Shown piece after piece: positions 20,258 through 31,393 of a stretch of DNA of 64,000 nt. The stretch is from assembly GCA_963663475.2 (NCBI GenBank), contig CAXXJV010000001.1, positions 320,001 to 384,000 of the forward strand, in the 5' to 3' direction. This DNA comes from Candidatus Cloacimonadales bacterium. Its GTDB lineage: Bacteria; Cloacimonadota; Cloacimonadia; Cloacimonadales; JAFGVF01. Both the position numbers and the translations under genes were made by a program. Every line of letters begins with the position of its first letter. Position 1 is the first letter of the stretch. The notes below the pieces were generated by a model, which saw nothing but the letters and a program-made list of their open reading frames with translations, made no database searches and was not told the origin of the DNA.

Positions 20258-21979
20258 ATGGATTCTTCTTTAATAGAACAAATAAGGGAAAGCAATAATA
20301 TTGTTGATGTAATATCAGCTTACCTTCCTCTAAAAAGGAGTGGAGCAAACTACAAAGGACTCTGTCCTTTTCATGAAGATAGACACCCCTCAATGATGGT
20401 ATCTGAGCAAAAGCAGATATTCAAGTGCTTTGTCTGTGGTAAAGGCGGAAATGTCTTCACTTTTGTCCAAGAATATGAGAAAATTACCTTCATGGAAGCT
20501 GTAAAAAAACTAGCTCAAAGAGTTGGTATCACAGTTCAAGAATCAGCAAATGATAAACGAGCTGTTTCCAAAAAAACCAAGCTACTTAATGTTTACAGAC
20601 TAGCCAAAGATTACTATGCTAATAATCTAAAAGAATATGGCCAAGATGTCTATAAATATCTAGAAGCTAGAGGTATCTCGCCAGAATTAGCTGATAAACT
20701 AGAATTGGGATATGCTCTTGATAGTTTCACAGGACTTCTCAATCAGGTTAAAAGAGAAGATGTTTCTCAAGAGATAATTGACGAAAGTGGTTTGTTCAAA
20801 GATTCTAATAAAGGGCGTTATGATGCTTTTAGAAACAGGCTTATTTTCCCAATTCACTCCCACACAGGCCAGATTGTAGCCTTTGGAGGAAGACAACTAA
20901 GTGATCAAGAAAAAGGTGGGAAATATATCAACTCGCCAACCACAGAGCTTTATACTAAAGGTAATGAGCTTTATGGCTTCTTTTTAACCAAATACGAGAT
21001 AGCTAAAGTCAATTATGCTATTATTTCAGAAGGATATTTAGACTTCTTACGCCTATATTCAGAAGGTTTTACCAGCAGTGTAGCTGCTCTAGGTACCGCT
21101 CTCACTGAAAAACAGCTTACCTTACTAAGTAGATATACTAAGAATGTTTACCTCCTCTATGATGGCGATGATGCAGGTAGGAAAGCTGCAATTTCCAGTG
21201 GCTTAAAATGTATTGAGATGGGATTAACTGCCAAGGTAATTTCCCTACCTCAAGGAGAAGATCCAGATTCCTTCCTTCTAACTAAGGGTAAAGACTCTTT
21301 ACAAGAATTAATTGATAAACCTCTTCCCTTCCTAAGATTTGTAAAAGAGACTAAGATTCTAGCTGCCGAGAATAAGGATAAAATTAAACTACTACTTGAA
21401 AGTGTAAGCAAGATAACTGATCTTATTGATAGAGAGATGATGATTAAAAACATCAGTGAAGAATTTGCTATAAATGAAAATTCTGTGCGAGCCAGTGTAA
21501 GTCAAAAAAAACAGGTTACAAATAGACCTAAATCTGCTACTGGTTTTGACCTACAAATGCACGCTGAAGAGAAAGAACTCTTCCAGTTTATGCTTAATAA
21601 CCCAGAAGAGATAAAAAATATTTGCGAAATAATCAATTCAGATTATTTTTTTGATGTTAATTATAAAAAAATGTTTAATACTTTGACAGAAAATGAGGAC
21701 TTTCTAAATTTGTTTACTCATTCCCAAATCATTGATTTTTTCAAAGATGAGAGTTTAAAAAATATTGCAGTAGAGTTAATCCTTTTAGGTGATCCCCAAA
21801 GAGACATCCTGCACATTATCAAGGATATAAAACTCCGTAAATTGAAAAATGATTTAAATGTTGTAAATAAACAGATTCATACTGAAGGCTTTACAGCAGA
21901 GCTTTTAGAAAGAAAACAAAATATTAAAAATGAGATTTTACGCTTAAACACTGCAATAGTGAGCAATTTATTAACTTGA
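20258..21979 (+). CDS. dnaG: DNA primase
   Basis: CPFH...FKCFVC Zn ribbon, FGGR, KYINSP, EGYLD, YDGDDAG, DPDS. Confidence 0.98.
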   Translation: MDSSLIEQIRESNNIVDVISAYLPLKRSGANYKGLCPFHEDRHPSMMVSEQKQIFKCFVCGKGGNVFTFVQEYEKITFMEAVKKLAQRVGITVQESANDKRAVSKKTKLLNVYRLAKDYYANNLKEYGQDVYKYLEARGISPELADKLELGYALDSFTGLLNQVKREDVSQEIIDESGLFKDSNKGRYDAFRNRLIFPIHSHTGQIVAFGGRQLSDQEKGGKYINSPTTELYTKGNELYGFFLTKYEIAKVNYAIISEGYLDFLRLYSEGFTSSVAALGTALTEKQLTLLSRYTKNVYLLYDGDDAGRKAAISSGLKCIEMGLTAKVISLPQGEDPDSFLLTKGKDSLQELIDKPLPFLRFVKETKILAAENKDKIKLLLESVSKITDLIDREMMIKNISEEFAINENSVRASVSQKKQVTNRPKSATGFDLQMHAEEKELFQFMLNNPEEIKNICEIINSDYFFDVNYKKMFNTLTENEDFLNLFTHSQIIDFFKDESLKNIAVELILLGDPQRDILHIIKDIKLRKLKNDLNVVNKQIHTEGFTAELLERKQNIKNEILRLNTAIVSNLLT

Positions 21980-21988
21980 GGAGATTTA

Positions 21989-23731
21989 ATGCTAACTTAC
22001 AATGATTGTATTAAAAAATTAGTTGAGATTGGTAGAGAAGCTGGCTTCATAACCTTTAGACAGATTAATGAGCTACTTCCAGCAAATCCTATTTTCCTAG
22101 ATAAAATTGACGATATTCTTTTTGATTTAATGCAGGAGAATATCGAGGTTATTGATGAGACTGAGAACAAAGTTAGCAAGGCACAAGTAAAAGTTAAGAA
22201 AGAAAAAAAGTCTAAGACTCTCAAGACTCGTAAATATTATGATGATCCAGTAAGAATGTATCTTAAAGAGATGGGAAGAGTCCCACTTCTTGACCGTGAA
22301 GGTGAGATAAGAGTTGCTAAGAAGATAGAAGTTTATCATAAAATGATTACTAACAATGTCTATCTCTCTGGTTCTACCTTGAGAGAAATGCAAAACTTTT
22401 TGCACCGTTATAAAGAAAAAAGAATCAGACTTGACCAAATCTTCAAGATAGATTTTGGTACTGAGTTAGATAATAAAAAACCTGATGAGATTATTGAAAT
22501 TTTCAAATCAAGACTAAATGAGATTGAAAAGTGCTTTGATGTTATCGGCGAAATTCTTAACAATACAGACTTTGATGATACAGGCTTAGCTTCTAGACAA
22601 GAAGAAATAGATGCCAATAGAGAAAGAATTGTTGAATTATTTTCTACCTTCGTTTTTAATGATAAACTTATTAAAAGATTAGTCTATCGTGTTCGTAGTC
22701 TCGTTGATAGAATTGTTGAATCTAATACAATCATAGAGAAAATCACCAAAATTAAGAGATACTCTGTTGAAGAGATTTGCTCCTTTGGTAGAAAAGCTAA
22801 AAAATCAGACGAGGAATTCGAAGAAGTTAAAGTGGAAACTGGTGTTGATCCAAACCTCTTTATTGAAACTTTAAGGAAAATAAAAAATGCTAAAAGAAAG
22901 ATTCGCCGTGTTGAACTAGAAACACGAATGACTGCTAGTGAATTAGTATTTTTACTTAGAGAGATTGAAAGAGGAGAAAGGACTAAAGAACGTGCTCAGA
23001 GCGATATGATTGAAGCAAACGTGAGATTAGTTATTTCTATTGCGAAACGCTATAATAACCGCGGTTTAGACTTCCTAGACCTAATTCAAGAAGGTAATAC
23101 TGGTCTGATGAAAGCAGTTGAGAAATATGACTATAAAAAAGGTTATAAATTCTCTACCTATGCAACATGGTGGATTAGACAGGCTATAACCCGGGCCATT
23201 GCTGACCAAGCAAGAACTATTAGGGTTCCTGTTCACATGATAGAATCTATTAATAAGATTAACCGTACTTCTAGAAGATTAATGCAGAAACTTGGTAGAG
23301 ATCCTTTCCCAGAAGAGATTGCACAAGCTCTGGAAATGCCTATTGATAAGGTAAAATCTATTCTCAATATCTCTAAAGAACCGGTCTCTCTTGATAAACC
23401 TATTGGTAATGAATCAGGTGATAGTATCCTGGGTGATTTCATTGAAGATAAATCTACCATCTCACCAGAAAGACTGGCTGAACGTTCTCTTTTAAAACGC
23501 CAAGTTGATGAAGTACTACAAACTCTTACACCTAGGGAAGAAAGAGTTATTAGACTTCGTTTTGGTATTGATGATGGTTTCCACAGAACTTTAGAAGAAG
23601 TTGGTAATATCTTTAACGTTACTCGTGAAAGAATCAGACAGATTGAAGATAAGGCTCTTAAGAAATTAAGACATCCTACCAGAGCCTCTATCTTACAAGA
23701 GTTTATTAATAACTTTAATTTAAAAACTTAA
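21989..23731 (+). CDS. rpoD: RNA polymerase primary sigma factor
   Basis: [50 protein letters not shown]. Confidence 0.99.
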   Translation: MLTYNDCIKKLVEIGREAGFITFRQINELLPANPIFLDKIDDILFDLMQENIEVIDETENKVSKAQVKVKKEKKSKTLKTRKYYDDPVRMYLKEMGRVPLLDREGEIRVAKKIEVYHKMITNNVYLSGSTLREMQNFLHRYKEKRIRLDQIFKIDFGTELDNKKPDEIIEIFKSRLNEIEKCFDVIGEILNNTDFDDTGLASRQEEIDANRERIVELFSTFVFNDKLIKRLVYRVRSLVDRIVESNTIIEKITKIKRYSVEEICSFGRKAKKSDEEFEEVKVETGVDPNLFIETLRKIKNAKRKIRRVELETRMTASELVFLLREIERGERTKERAQSDMIEANVRLVISIAKRYNNRGLDFLDLIQEGNTGLMKAVEKYDYKKGYKFSTYATWWIRQAITRAIADQARTIRVPVHMIESINKINRTSRRLMQKLGRDPFPEEIAQALEMPIDKVKSILNISKEPVSLDKPIGNESGDSILGDFIEDKSTISPERLAERSLLKRQVDEVLQTLTPREERVIRLRFGIDDGFHRTLEEVGNIFNVTRERIRQIEDKALKKLRHPTRASILQEFINNFNLKT

Positions 23732-23747
23732 ATTTTATTGAAATATC

Positions 23748-23777
23748 AAAGCCCCTTTCTTGCTAAGGGGCTTTTTT
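23748..23777 (+). terminator. Intrinsic terminator after rpoD
   Basis: AAAGCCCCTT...AAGGGGCTTTTTT. Confidence 0.88.
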
Positions 23778-23795
23778 CAAGTAGAGTAAAGTTCA

Positions 23796-23902
23796 CTGGA
23801 GCGCCTTCGTCTCTGAAGGCAAAAGAAAGAAAGCCAGCAAGGATGCTGGCGTTCCCAGTATTTTGAAAGATAGATGCCAGCAAGGATTCTGGCCTTCCCA
23901 GT
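23796..23902. repeat. REP-like units (same family as 3698, 10118, 30260)
   Basis: CTGGAGCGCCTTC...GAAGGC followed by two GCCAGCAAGGATkCTGGCnTTCCCAGT units. Confidence 0.8.
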
Positions 23903-23910
23903 ATTTTCAT

Positions 23911-26900
23911 TTATTTCATTAAAACCATCTTCTGAAGATGGCTAGTATTACCAACTTTTAGTTTGGCAAAATAGATTCCTGAAGCAAGGTTATTTCCTTT
24001 TTCATTATCGCCTTTCCAAACAACTTGATAATTACCAGGAGATTTATTTTCTTTAAGTAGACTCTTAACCTTCTGACCTCTCAAGTTATAAATTTCGATT
24101 TCAACTAAAGCATTAGTTTTAGAAGTATTAGTTGGGATTGTGTAGCTTATTGTAGTTTCTGGATTAAATGGATTTGGATAGTTACCATTAATCTTGGCTG
24201 TTAATAATTCTACATCATTGCTAATATTATCTGTTGGAGCAATAATCCGAACATCATCAACATACCAGCCTTCATTCACAGTAGCTCCATCTGAGCCAAA
24301 GACAAATCTAAATTGAACTTGACCTGAAGTAGAAGCAAGATTAAAGCTTACTTCTGTCCAAGGAATAGTTCCAGAAAAGACTGGAGTAGAACCAGCTATT
24401 GGACTTGCTTGATTTGTTCTCATATAGTAAGGATAAGCTCCTATAGGCTCAATAATATTAAATGGGCCACCATTAACAGACATTTCTACATAACCTCCAT
24501 CCCAAGCATAATTAGGATTAGTAGCATCATTTTCAGCCTTCATTTTATGAGAAAAGACAAAGCTAGAATTGGCTTCAACATTGAATATTGGTGATATAAG
24601 ATAGCCATAAGCACTGTTAGAATAATGATTAGAACCTGATCCTCCAAATTTGAAACTATAAGAACCATTCGGTGTATTATTTTGATTATTTGACCTATGC
24701 CATTGATTAATGAATTGACTATTTGCTTGTTGACTAATAAAGCCATCATCTCCTGTTTCGAAAGTGTACATATTTAAACCTACTAAGAAATCATAGATAA
24801 ATTCATTAACAGTAAAGAAGGGGTCAATAACTGTAACAACAAAATTTCCAGGATCATAGTCTTCAACACTATCATTAATAGTAAGAGTAAAAATATCTTC
24901 TAAGGTGATAGTCTGGTTAGGAGCAATCTCTTCAATAGTATATGAACTAGGACTGACAGTCATACCTGTATAATAGGAATAGAAAATTAGTTGAATATTC
25001 CTAGCATAACCACTCCCGCTATTAGTAAAAGTAATATTGATTGGATTTTCAGTATCAGCTTGTGGAGCTAAGGCATTAGATGTTAGATTAACACTTTCTA
25101 AGATAACTTGCGAAGCATTTAGGGTTACATGTTCCTGACTTACTGATAGCTGTTGATCAAAGTAGATTGTAAAAATTAATTCAGCATCTTCCCCATCTTC
25201 ATGACCTCCCAAGTTCTTTACTTGAAAAACATCTGTAAATGTTGACACTTGATCAGAAGCAAATGAACCAAGATATAAAGAATCTTGTAAAACTTCTAGA
25301 TGCTCATTCAGAGAGTTAAGCTTAACATAGGCTTCACCAGTAAAACTTTGATTTCCTAGATTGCTAACATCACAGGTGAAAGTTGTTATATCATTAGCAC
25401 TAAAAATATCTGTTGGGTTATTATTAACAATACTTGTTATCGCAAGATAAGCCTGGTCTCCTTGCACAACTTCAATTTCAATTTCTTTGGGAAGATGATA
25501 AGGAGCATTTAAGATAAGTCTATAATCTCCTGCCATTAAAGAAGAAGTAGTGACTACACTTATATTACCAAGAATGTCTATTCCTCCAGACCACAAAATC
25601 TCATCATCCTCATTAACCAGAGCTCCACTAGTATTTGGAGTTGAAATAGACAAAGGATAGCTTGATTGACCTTGTTCCCAAACATTATTTATATTTTCAG
25701 CAATAACTGCTGGAGTCTCTTTCCATAGGTTCATAGCAGGATCACCAAAGAGATTTGTTTCATAATAGACCCAGTACATAGTACCATTATCCATCATTGG
25801 AATATTATCTATTTTACTGTCGTTAAGAGTTTCCCCTATTTCAACAATTTCTTCAGTAAAGATAGCATCCACCCACTGTCTATGGTATTTCTGAGAAACC
25901 CCATTAGTAGAGCCCTGAACTCCCCAACCATAACGAGAATGAGAGATCATAGCTACTGCAGAAGTTTCAATTCCTGTGAATCTTTCGGTAATACAATCTT
26001 CACCGTAATCTCCAACATAGGTTCCTCTGTTATCAAAAGAACCAGCATAACAGCCTTGGGTAAAATGAACAGAGAAATTACCATTGTTTCCATTGTTAGT
26101 AATGTTGTTTACAGTTACGTAACTGTTAGATAATCTCATGTTATAAGTAGTATTAGAGTGGCCTAAATGGTTAACATAAGTTGCACCTTGATTCAAAAGA
26201 GGGAATAATTGAGAGCCATACCAAGCATCAGCATAGCCATAGTCTCTGTCATATAACTTTGAAAAAGTCCAATCTTCTGGGAAACCAGTAGTTTGATAGC
26301 CATAAAGGTTAGTGTTACCAATTAACTCATCCATGTGGTCACCACCCCAAGTAGGACCTTCCCATAACCATTCACCCACCATTACTGAAGTCTCTACTAA
26401 ATCCATAACAGGCTCTTCAGTAAACTTATGTAACTTAGTGATAATGTTATCTAACTCAGTAGGATTATTGTAGCAAATTCTCCCAATAGCAAGTTCTGGC
26501 ATTAAATCAGTTTCTTGTGATTCACCAAAGATATCATTCCCATTGGTATCCCAAGTTCCATCTAAGTTTGAATAGTAGCAATCTGCAGGAATATCATAGT
26601 CGGTTTGAGCTTCATTTGCAGCATAAAAACCACGGTGGGGAATAACATCATCATCACCAGCCAGAAGCACAAATTGAAGATCATTAGCAGGTTGAGAATA
26701 GTAATACTTTATATATTCTCTAATCTTATCTTGTGTATCATTATAACTTGCACCACCAGGTACAGGACTATTTTCAATATGCTCAATAGATACTAACTCT
26801 ACATTTCTATTTCTTAGATTATGGTAGTATTCTATTTGCTGAATTTGAGCTAAGTAAGCTTCTGGATAAATTATTAAATAATCTATACCCGTATTTCTTC

Positions 26901-27525
26901 CTGTATTTGGCATTGGAACCATCTCTGGATTATCTACACTCTTTATTAATCTTTTATATACAGACATATTGTCTTTTCTAAGATTTTGAGCTTCTTGACC
27001 AGCTTTTGTTACAGCAGTTTCAATTTCTAAAGTTGCTTGAGAATACCAAATAATTTTGTTTTCTTGAGGATAGTATTCCACTGGAGAGAAGGCAAAAGAA
27101 CCAACACTATGACCTGCCATGAAATCAGTTCTGATATTCTTAGTTGTTTCATAAGGGAAAGCTTTCCCTGAAGCATAGATATCTTCATTAGCTTCAGTAA
27201 ATGTGGCTTTATCCATTTGTGATAATGGGAATTGTTGCTGAGCTGGGAAAATTTTACCTTTTAGAATAATCTCTTGGGGATTACTAAGCCTTACATTAAC
27301 TTTGGTAATTTCTTCGCTTGTTGGTAAGTAAATCATGTTTCCTTTATAAGGTAACTGTGGTTGTGCAGGAATACCGTTCGGGAAACAATCTTCCATTGAA
27401 ATTTTTGTGTAATGACCAGTCTCCTCAATAACTGGTTCATCAAAATTATAAGTCATCGTTATCGTAGCATTGATTAACTGGGCTACAATTATTAAAAGTG
27501 AAAAAACTAATAGTCGCTTAGTCAT
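23911..27525 (-). CDS. C25 (gingipain-like) cysteine peptidase with propeptide, InhA-like domain and FlgD-Ig/T9SS-type CTD
   Basis: FVLLAGD, DCYYSNLDG, LAIGR, catalytic NHLGHS and TQGCYAGSFD, NLFGDP; C-terminus NYPNPFNPETTISY...KMVLMK. Confidence 0.93.
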   Translation of the reverse strand: MTKRLLVFSLLIIVAQLINATITMTYNFDEPVIEETGHYTKISMEDCFPNGIPAQPQLPYKGNMIYLPTSEEITKVNVRLSNPQEIILKGKIFPAQQQFPLSQMDKATFTEANEDIYASGKAFPYETTKNIRTDFMAGHSVGSFAFSPVEYYPQENKIIWYSQATLEIETAVTKAGQEAQNLRKDNMSVYKRLIKSVDNPEMVPMPNTGRNTGIDYLIIYPEAYLAQIQQIEYYHNLRNRNVELVSIEHIENSPVPGGASYNDTQDKIREYIKYYYSQPANDLQFVLLAGDDDVIPHRGFYAANEAQTDYDIPADCYYSNLDGTWDTNGNDIFGESQETDLMPELAIGRICYNNPTELDNIITKLHKFTEEPVMDLVETSVMVGEWLWEGPTWGGDHMDELIGNTNLYGYQTTGFPEDWTFSKLYDRDYGYADAWYGSQLFPLLNQGATYVNHLGHSNTTYNMRLSNSYVTVNNITNNGNNGNFSVHFTQGCYAGSFDNRGTYVGDYGEDCITERFTGIETSAVAMISHSRYGWGVQGSTNGVSQKYHRQWVDAIFTEEIVEIGETLNDSKIDNIPMMDNGTMYWVYYETNLFGDPAMNLWKETPAVIAENINNVWEQGQSSYPLSISTPNTSGALVNEDDEILWSGGIDILGNISVVTTSSLMAGDYRLILNAPYHLPKEIEIEVVQGDQAYLAITSIVNNNPTDIFSANDITTFTCDVSNLGNQSFTGEAYVKLNSLNEHLEVLQDSLYLGSFASDQVSTFTDVFQVKNLGGHEDGEDAELIFTIYFDQQLSVSQEHVTLNASQVILESVNLTSNALAPQADTENPINITFTNSGSGYARNIQLIFYSYYTGMTVSPSSYTIEEIAPNQTITLEDIFTLTINDSVEDYDPGNFVVTVIDPFFTVNEFIYDFLVGLNMYTFETGDDGFISQQANSQFINQWHRSNNQNNTPNGSYSFKFGGSGSNHYSNSAYGYLISPIFNVEANSSFVFSHKMKAENDATNPNYAWDGGYVEMSVNGGPFNIIEPIGAYPYYMRTNQASPIAGSTPVFSGTIPWTEVSFNLASTSGQVQFRFVFGSDGATVNEGWYVDDVRIIAPTDNISNDVELLTAKINGNYPNPFNPETTISYTIPTNTSKTNALVEIEIYNLRGQKVKSLLKENKSPGNYQVVWKGDNEKGNNLASGIYFAKLKVGNTSHLQKMVLMK

Positions 27526-27800
27526 TTATCCTCCATATTATAAATAATTTTCCTTCCATAAATACTAAATGCAAAATACTTACCATTAGTCAATACTAAT
27601 ATTTTAAATACTTTATAAATAAGCTGATCTACAAATTAAAAGGGCTGATTTATGGACTAATTTTTGCTTATTTGGATTTTCATTCTAAAATTGGGATATT
27701 TAAGTAGTTGAGATGCCAATTTTCCATAAAAAGAATTACTTAGACGTAAGGGTCTTTAAATGAATCGGACAAGCTGTCTGTCCGACATAAGATATTTTTA

Positions 27801-28275
27801 GGCTCAAGTTCAAGTCTGGTGGGAATAACATAGGGAAATGAGAATATTTCATTACTATATTGATTCATCAAAAATCCCTGAAAGGGATAAAATAATTTAG
27901 CCCAGGGTAAGATGCTGAAAGTATCGCAACCCTGGGTAATGATGGCTAACCCGAAGATATTACCCTGTAAGGGTTTAATAAAAAGATAAATAATGTATTA
28001 TAATAAGTCTATGGTATATATGATGTTATTTAACCCTTTCAGGGTTCAGGCTTTGTTTTACATCCAGTACCCGGGGTTGCATTCCCTTCAGGAATTTACC
28101 CCGGGCTAAACTATTTATCCCCTTTGGGGATTTAAGACTCATCCCTTCAGGATTTAGGACTTCTCATCAAACAAAACATACTATTGACAGTATATTCTTA
28201 CTTGTAACATTCTGTCATTCAATTAATATGCTATACTATAAGTCTCTTTTTATCCACCAAACTTGAACTTGAGCC
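27801..28275 (+). mobile_element. MITE-A, full-length 475 bp, non-autonomous
   Basis: Terminal IR GGCTCAAGTTCAAGTyTGGTGG at both ends; 8-bp TSD TATTTTTA (27793-27800 and 28276-28283); no ORF; internal REPIN-like palindrome. Confidence 0.92.
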
Positions 28276-28303
28276 TATTTTTATCTGTGGTTCAATTCTC
28301 TTT

Positions 28304-30187
28304 TTATTCCTTTTCTTCCAGCTCTTCTTGCCTCTCCAGCAGAGCCAGCATTTCATCTTCAAGTTGAGTCTGTTCTTCACTTATATCAGTAAAGTCTTGG
28401 TGGCTCAATTCATCTGCTTTGTTTTCAATCATATTAGAAAGTTCAAGAACTCTAAACTCTATTTGAGTCAGTCTATCATTAATTTCTTCTAATTCTTTTT
28501 TCTCTTTGAAGCTAAGTCCTTTTTTGACAGTCTTTATTTTGATTGTCTTTTCCTTTTCTTTCTCCTCTTCTTCTTCTTGGCGGAAGCGTCTTACTAAGAG
28601 ATAATCAGAATAATTTCCTGCAAATTTATTAATTTTGTTATTCTCAAAGATAAAGAGAAAGTCACAGATTCTATCTAAAAAGAAACGATCATGAGACACT
28701 ACTAAAATACAGCCATCAAAGGCATCTAAGTAGTCTTCTAAAATTTCTAAAGTTCTGATATCGAGGTCATTAGTAGGTTCATCAAGAATAATGAAATTAG
28801 CTCCGAACATGAGTGATTTCAGTAAGTGAAGTCGTTTCTTTTCTCCCCCTGAGAGAGAAGAGATTTTAGCTTGTTGCATCTTAGGTTCGAAAAGGAAGCG
28901 TTCTAACATTTCAGTTGCTGAATGAAGAACCCCGTCTTTAGTCCTAATATTTTCAGCATAAGAAGAAATATATTGGTACACAGACTTATCTTTAGGCATT
29001 TCATCAACATCTTGTTTGAAGTAGGCAAACTTAGTATTAACACCAATATTAACAGAACCCTTGCTTGGGATTAGTTCTTTGATGATAATTTTTATAAGAG
29101 TAGTTTTACCGCAGCCATTATCGCCAATGATACCTATTCTTTCAAACTTCTGGAAAATATGACTAAAGTTATTTATCAGAGCTTTCTTATCATATTGGTG
29201 AGTAATCCCGCCTAATTCTAAAATCTTCTTACCTAATCTATGGGTTTGAAAAGAGATATCCATATCTTGTTGTTCTATTAGATATGATTTATCTAGAAGT
29301 TCTTTAACTCTATCAATATGATTTTTTGGCTTAGAAGTCCTAGCTTTAGCCCCTCTTTGTAGCCATTTTAGTTCTTTAGAGAGTTGGGCTTGACGTCTGG
29401 TTTCTTTCCTCTGTCTATCAATATTTTCCATTTCTTTCTTTTCAATATAGTAAGAATAATTACCTTCATAGAAGTTAACTTTTCCTTGTTCAATTTCCAT
29501 AATCTTATTACAGATACTATCTAAGAAATAACGATCATGAGTAACAAAAATAATATTGCCTTGATAGTATGCAAGATGTTGTTGCAACCACTCTATCGAA
29601 TCAATATCAAGATGGTTAGTAGGCTCATCTAAGATAAGTAAATCAGCTTCTTTTAAGAGAATATTTGCTAGATCAACCTTTCTTTTTTGCCCTCCAGATA
29701 ACTGGCCTATCTTTTGATTAAAATCTTTTATACCAAGCTTAGTTAGGTAGGATTTAGCTTTAGCTTCAATAGACCAACCATTTAGCATTTCTATCTTTTC
29801 TGCTAAGACAGCTTGTCTTTCCCACAAATCTTGGCTTTGACTTCTGGTAAGTTGATCGCTAATTTTAAAATATTCTTTTAAGAGAACAAATTCCTTTTTA
29901 TCAGAAGAATAGATTTGTTCCATGATAGTTAAGTCATCATCTAGATTTGGATTTTGTTGAAGATAGGCTACTTTGACTTCATTTCTGAAGGTAATTTGGC
30001 CAGAATCAACCGGTTCATTTCCTGCTAAGATTCTTAAAAAAGTAGTCTTGCCACAGCCATTAACTCCGATGATACCCATCTTTTCACCTGAGTGAATTCC
30101 AAAGTTGCCATCTCTTATGATGTCCTTATCTACAAAACGTTTATTTACATTATTAACTGTTACTAATATTTCACCTATATTTATCAT
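28304..30187 (-). CDS. ABC-F family ATPase (Uup-like)
   Basis: Two NBDs (GVNGCGKTT, LSGGQK, LDEPTNHLD; GDNGCGKTT, LSGGEK, LDEPTNDLD), no TM segments, C-terminal coiled coil. Confidence 0.94.
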   Translation of the reverse strand: MINIGEILVTVNNVNKRFVDKDIIRDGNFGIHSGEKMGIIGVNGCGKTTFLRILAGNEPVDSGQITFRNEVKVAYLQQNPNLDDDLTIMEQIYSSDKKEFVLLKEYFKISDQLTRSQSQDLWERQAVLAEKIEMLNGWSIEAKAKSYLTKLGIKDFNQKIGQLSGGQKRKVDLANILLKEADLLILDEPTNHLDIDSIEWLQQHLAYYQGNIIFVTHDRYFLDSICNKIMEIEQGKVNFYEGNYSYYIEKKEMENIDRQRKETRRQAQLSKELKWLQRGAKARTSKPKNHIDRVKELLDKSYLIEQQDMDISFQTHRLGKKILELGGITHQYDKKALINNFSHIFQKFERIGIIGDNGCGKTTLIKIIIKELIPSKGSVNIGVNTKFAYFKQDVDEMPKDKSVYQYISSYAENIRTKDGVLHSATEMLERFLFEPKMQQAKISSLSGGEKKRLHLLKSLMFGANFIILDEPTNDLDIRTLEILEDYLDAFDGCILVVSHDRFFLDRICDFLFIFENNKINKFAGNYSDYLLVRRFRQEEEEEKEKEKTIKIKTVKKGLSFKEKKELEEINDRLTQIEFRVLELSNMIENKADELSHQDFTDISEEQTQLEDEMLALLERQEELEEKE

Positions 30188-30259
30188 TTAATTCCTAATA
30201 TATTTTTATGTCCCACTAAGCTTCTAAAGTGCTTAGTAGGGTAAGCTACTTAATCACTA

Positions 30260-30383
30260 AATGCCGACAAGGATGTCAGCGGTCTCAGTAAATGCTGACA
30301 AGGATGTCAGCGGTCTCAGTTAACTACCGACAAGGATGCCAGCGGTCCCAGTAAATGCAGACAAGGATGTCAGCCCTCCCAGT
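30260..30383. repeat. Tandem REP-like units (4 x ~31 bp)
   Basis: AATGCnGACAAGGATGTCAGCGGTCyCAGT repeated four times head-to-tail with no spacers. Confidence 0.88.
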
Positions 30384-31393
30384 TAATTATTTAAGAGTTT
30401 CTTACGTATCTCAGCAGAAACCATATCCATAAGCCAGACAGCTAATGCTATTAGCCAGACAATAGTTCCTACTCCATTCCAGTCTGTCATCTGTTGTTTT
30501 TGAAAGAGTTGCAAACCAATACCACCACCACCGACAAAACCGACAATAGTAGCCATTCTTACATTAATATCCCAGCGATAAATAGTGAATGCTAGGAAAG
30601 GATTAATAATTTGTGGTATAACAGCATATTTCCAAATTTGCAGTGTGGAAGCACCAGTAGAAGTAATTGCTTCAATAGGTCCATGATCAATATTCTCAAT
30701 TTGTTCTGAATAGAGTTTAACAAGGGCTGCGATTGAATGAATCATTAAGGCAAGCATACCAGCAAAGGGTCCTATTCCTACCCAGACAGCGAAGATAATA
30801 GCCCAAACAATAGCTTCAATTGATCTTATAATAGTAGATATTGTTCTAATAACCGCATAGATTATTCTTCCGATTAAAGACTTGTTCATTAGGTTTGAAG
30901 CAGCCAGAAAACTAAAAACAAAGGCTATAGGTACAGCAAAAACTGTTGCCATTAAAGCTAGATAAATAGTCTTAATAAGCTCAGATACCATCTTCCAAAA
31001 TATTTCTTTATCAGGAGTGAATAATCCTCTTACTATATTCTTAGTACCTGACATTCCTGTAAGAAATTCATAAGGCTCTATTTCAACCATAAACCAGCCA
31101 ACAGCTAAAGAAAGAAGGATAGCCAATGCGTAAAGATAGTGATAGAGTTTCGAGAATAGTCTTACTCGCTCATCCTTCTCTTGATAAATCCTCTTTCCAG
31201 GACTATTAGGTAGGGGGATTAGCAGAGTAAAAGCTAAAGAAGAAGCAATAAAAATATGCAAGGGACTAATATTTAATTCAAATATATAATTAATCAAATA
31301 GCCAATAGTTGACCCAAGATAAAGGGCAATACCATAATCTACCCCATTGGCAATAAATCTCTTTTTCATAATATTATCTTTTACTTTTGTCAT
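30383..31393 (-). CDS. phnE: Phosphonate/phosphate-ester ABC permease (PhnE) with N-terminal membrane extension
   Basis: GIGPFAGMLAL, KLYSEQIENID, YRWDINVR, VGFVGGGGIG. Confidence 0.92.
   Translation of the reverse strand: MTKVKDNIMKKRFIANGVDYGIALYLGSTIGYLINYIFELNISPLHIFIASSLAFTLLIPLPNSPGKRIYQEKDERVRLFSKLYHYLYALAILLSLAVGWFMVEIEPYEFLTGMSGTKNIVRGLFTPDKEIFWKMVSELIKTIYLALMATVFAVPIAFVFSFLAASNLMNKSLIGRIIYAVIRTISTIIRSIEAIVWAIIFAVWVGIGPFAGMLALMIHSIAALVKLYSEQIENIDHGPIEAITSTGASTLQIWKYAVIPQIINPFLAFTIYRWDINVRMATIVGFVGGGGIGLQLFQKQQMTDWNGVGTIVWLIALAVWLMDMVSAEIRKKLLNN

Noticed and set aside
30260-30383. CRISPR array (also considered for 10118-10212 and 39285-39552)
   Set aside because: Units are head-to-tail or have near-identical intervening sequence, with no unique spacers and no cas genes in the window.
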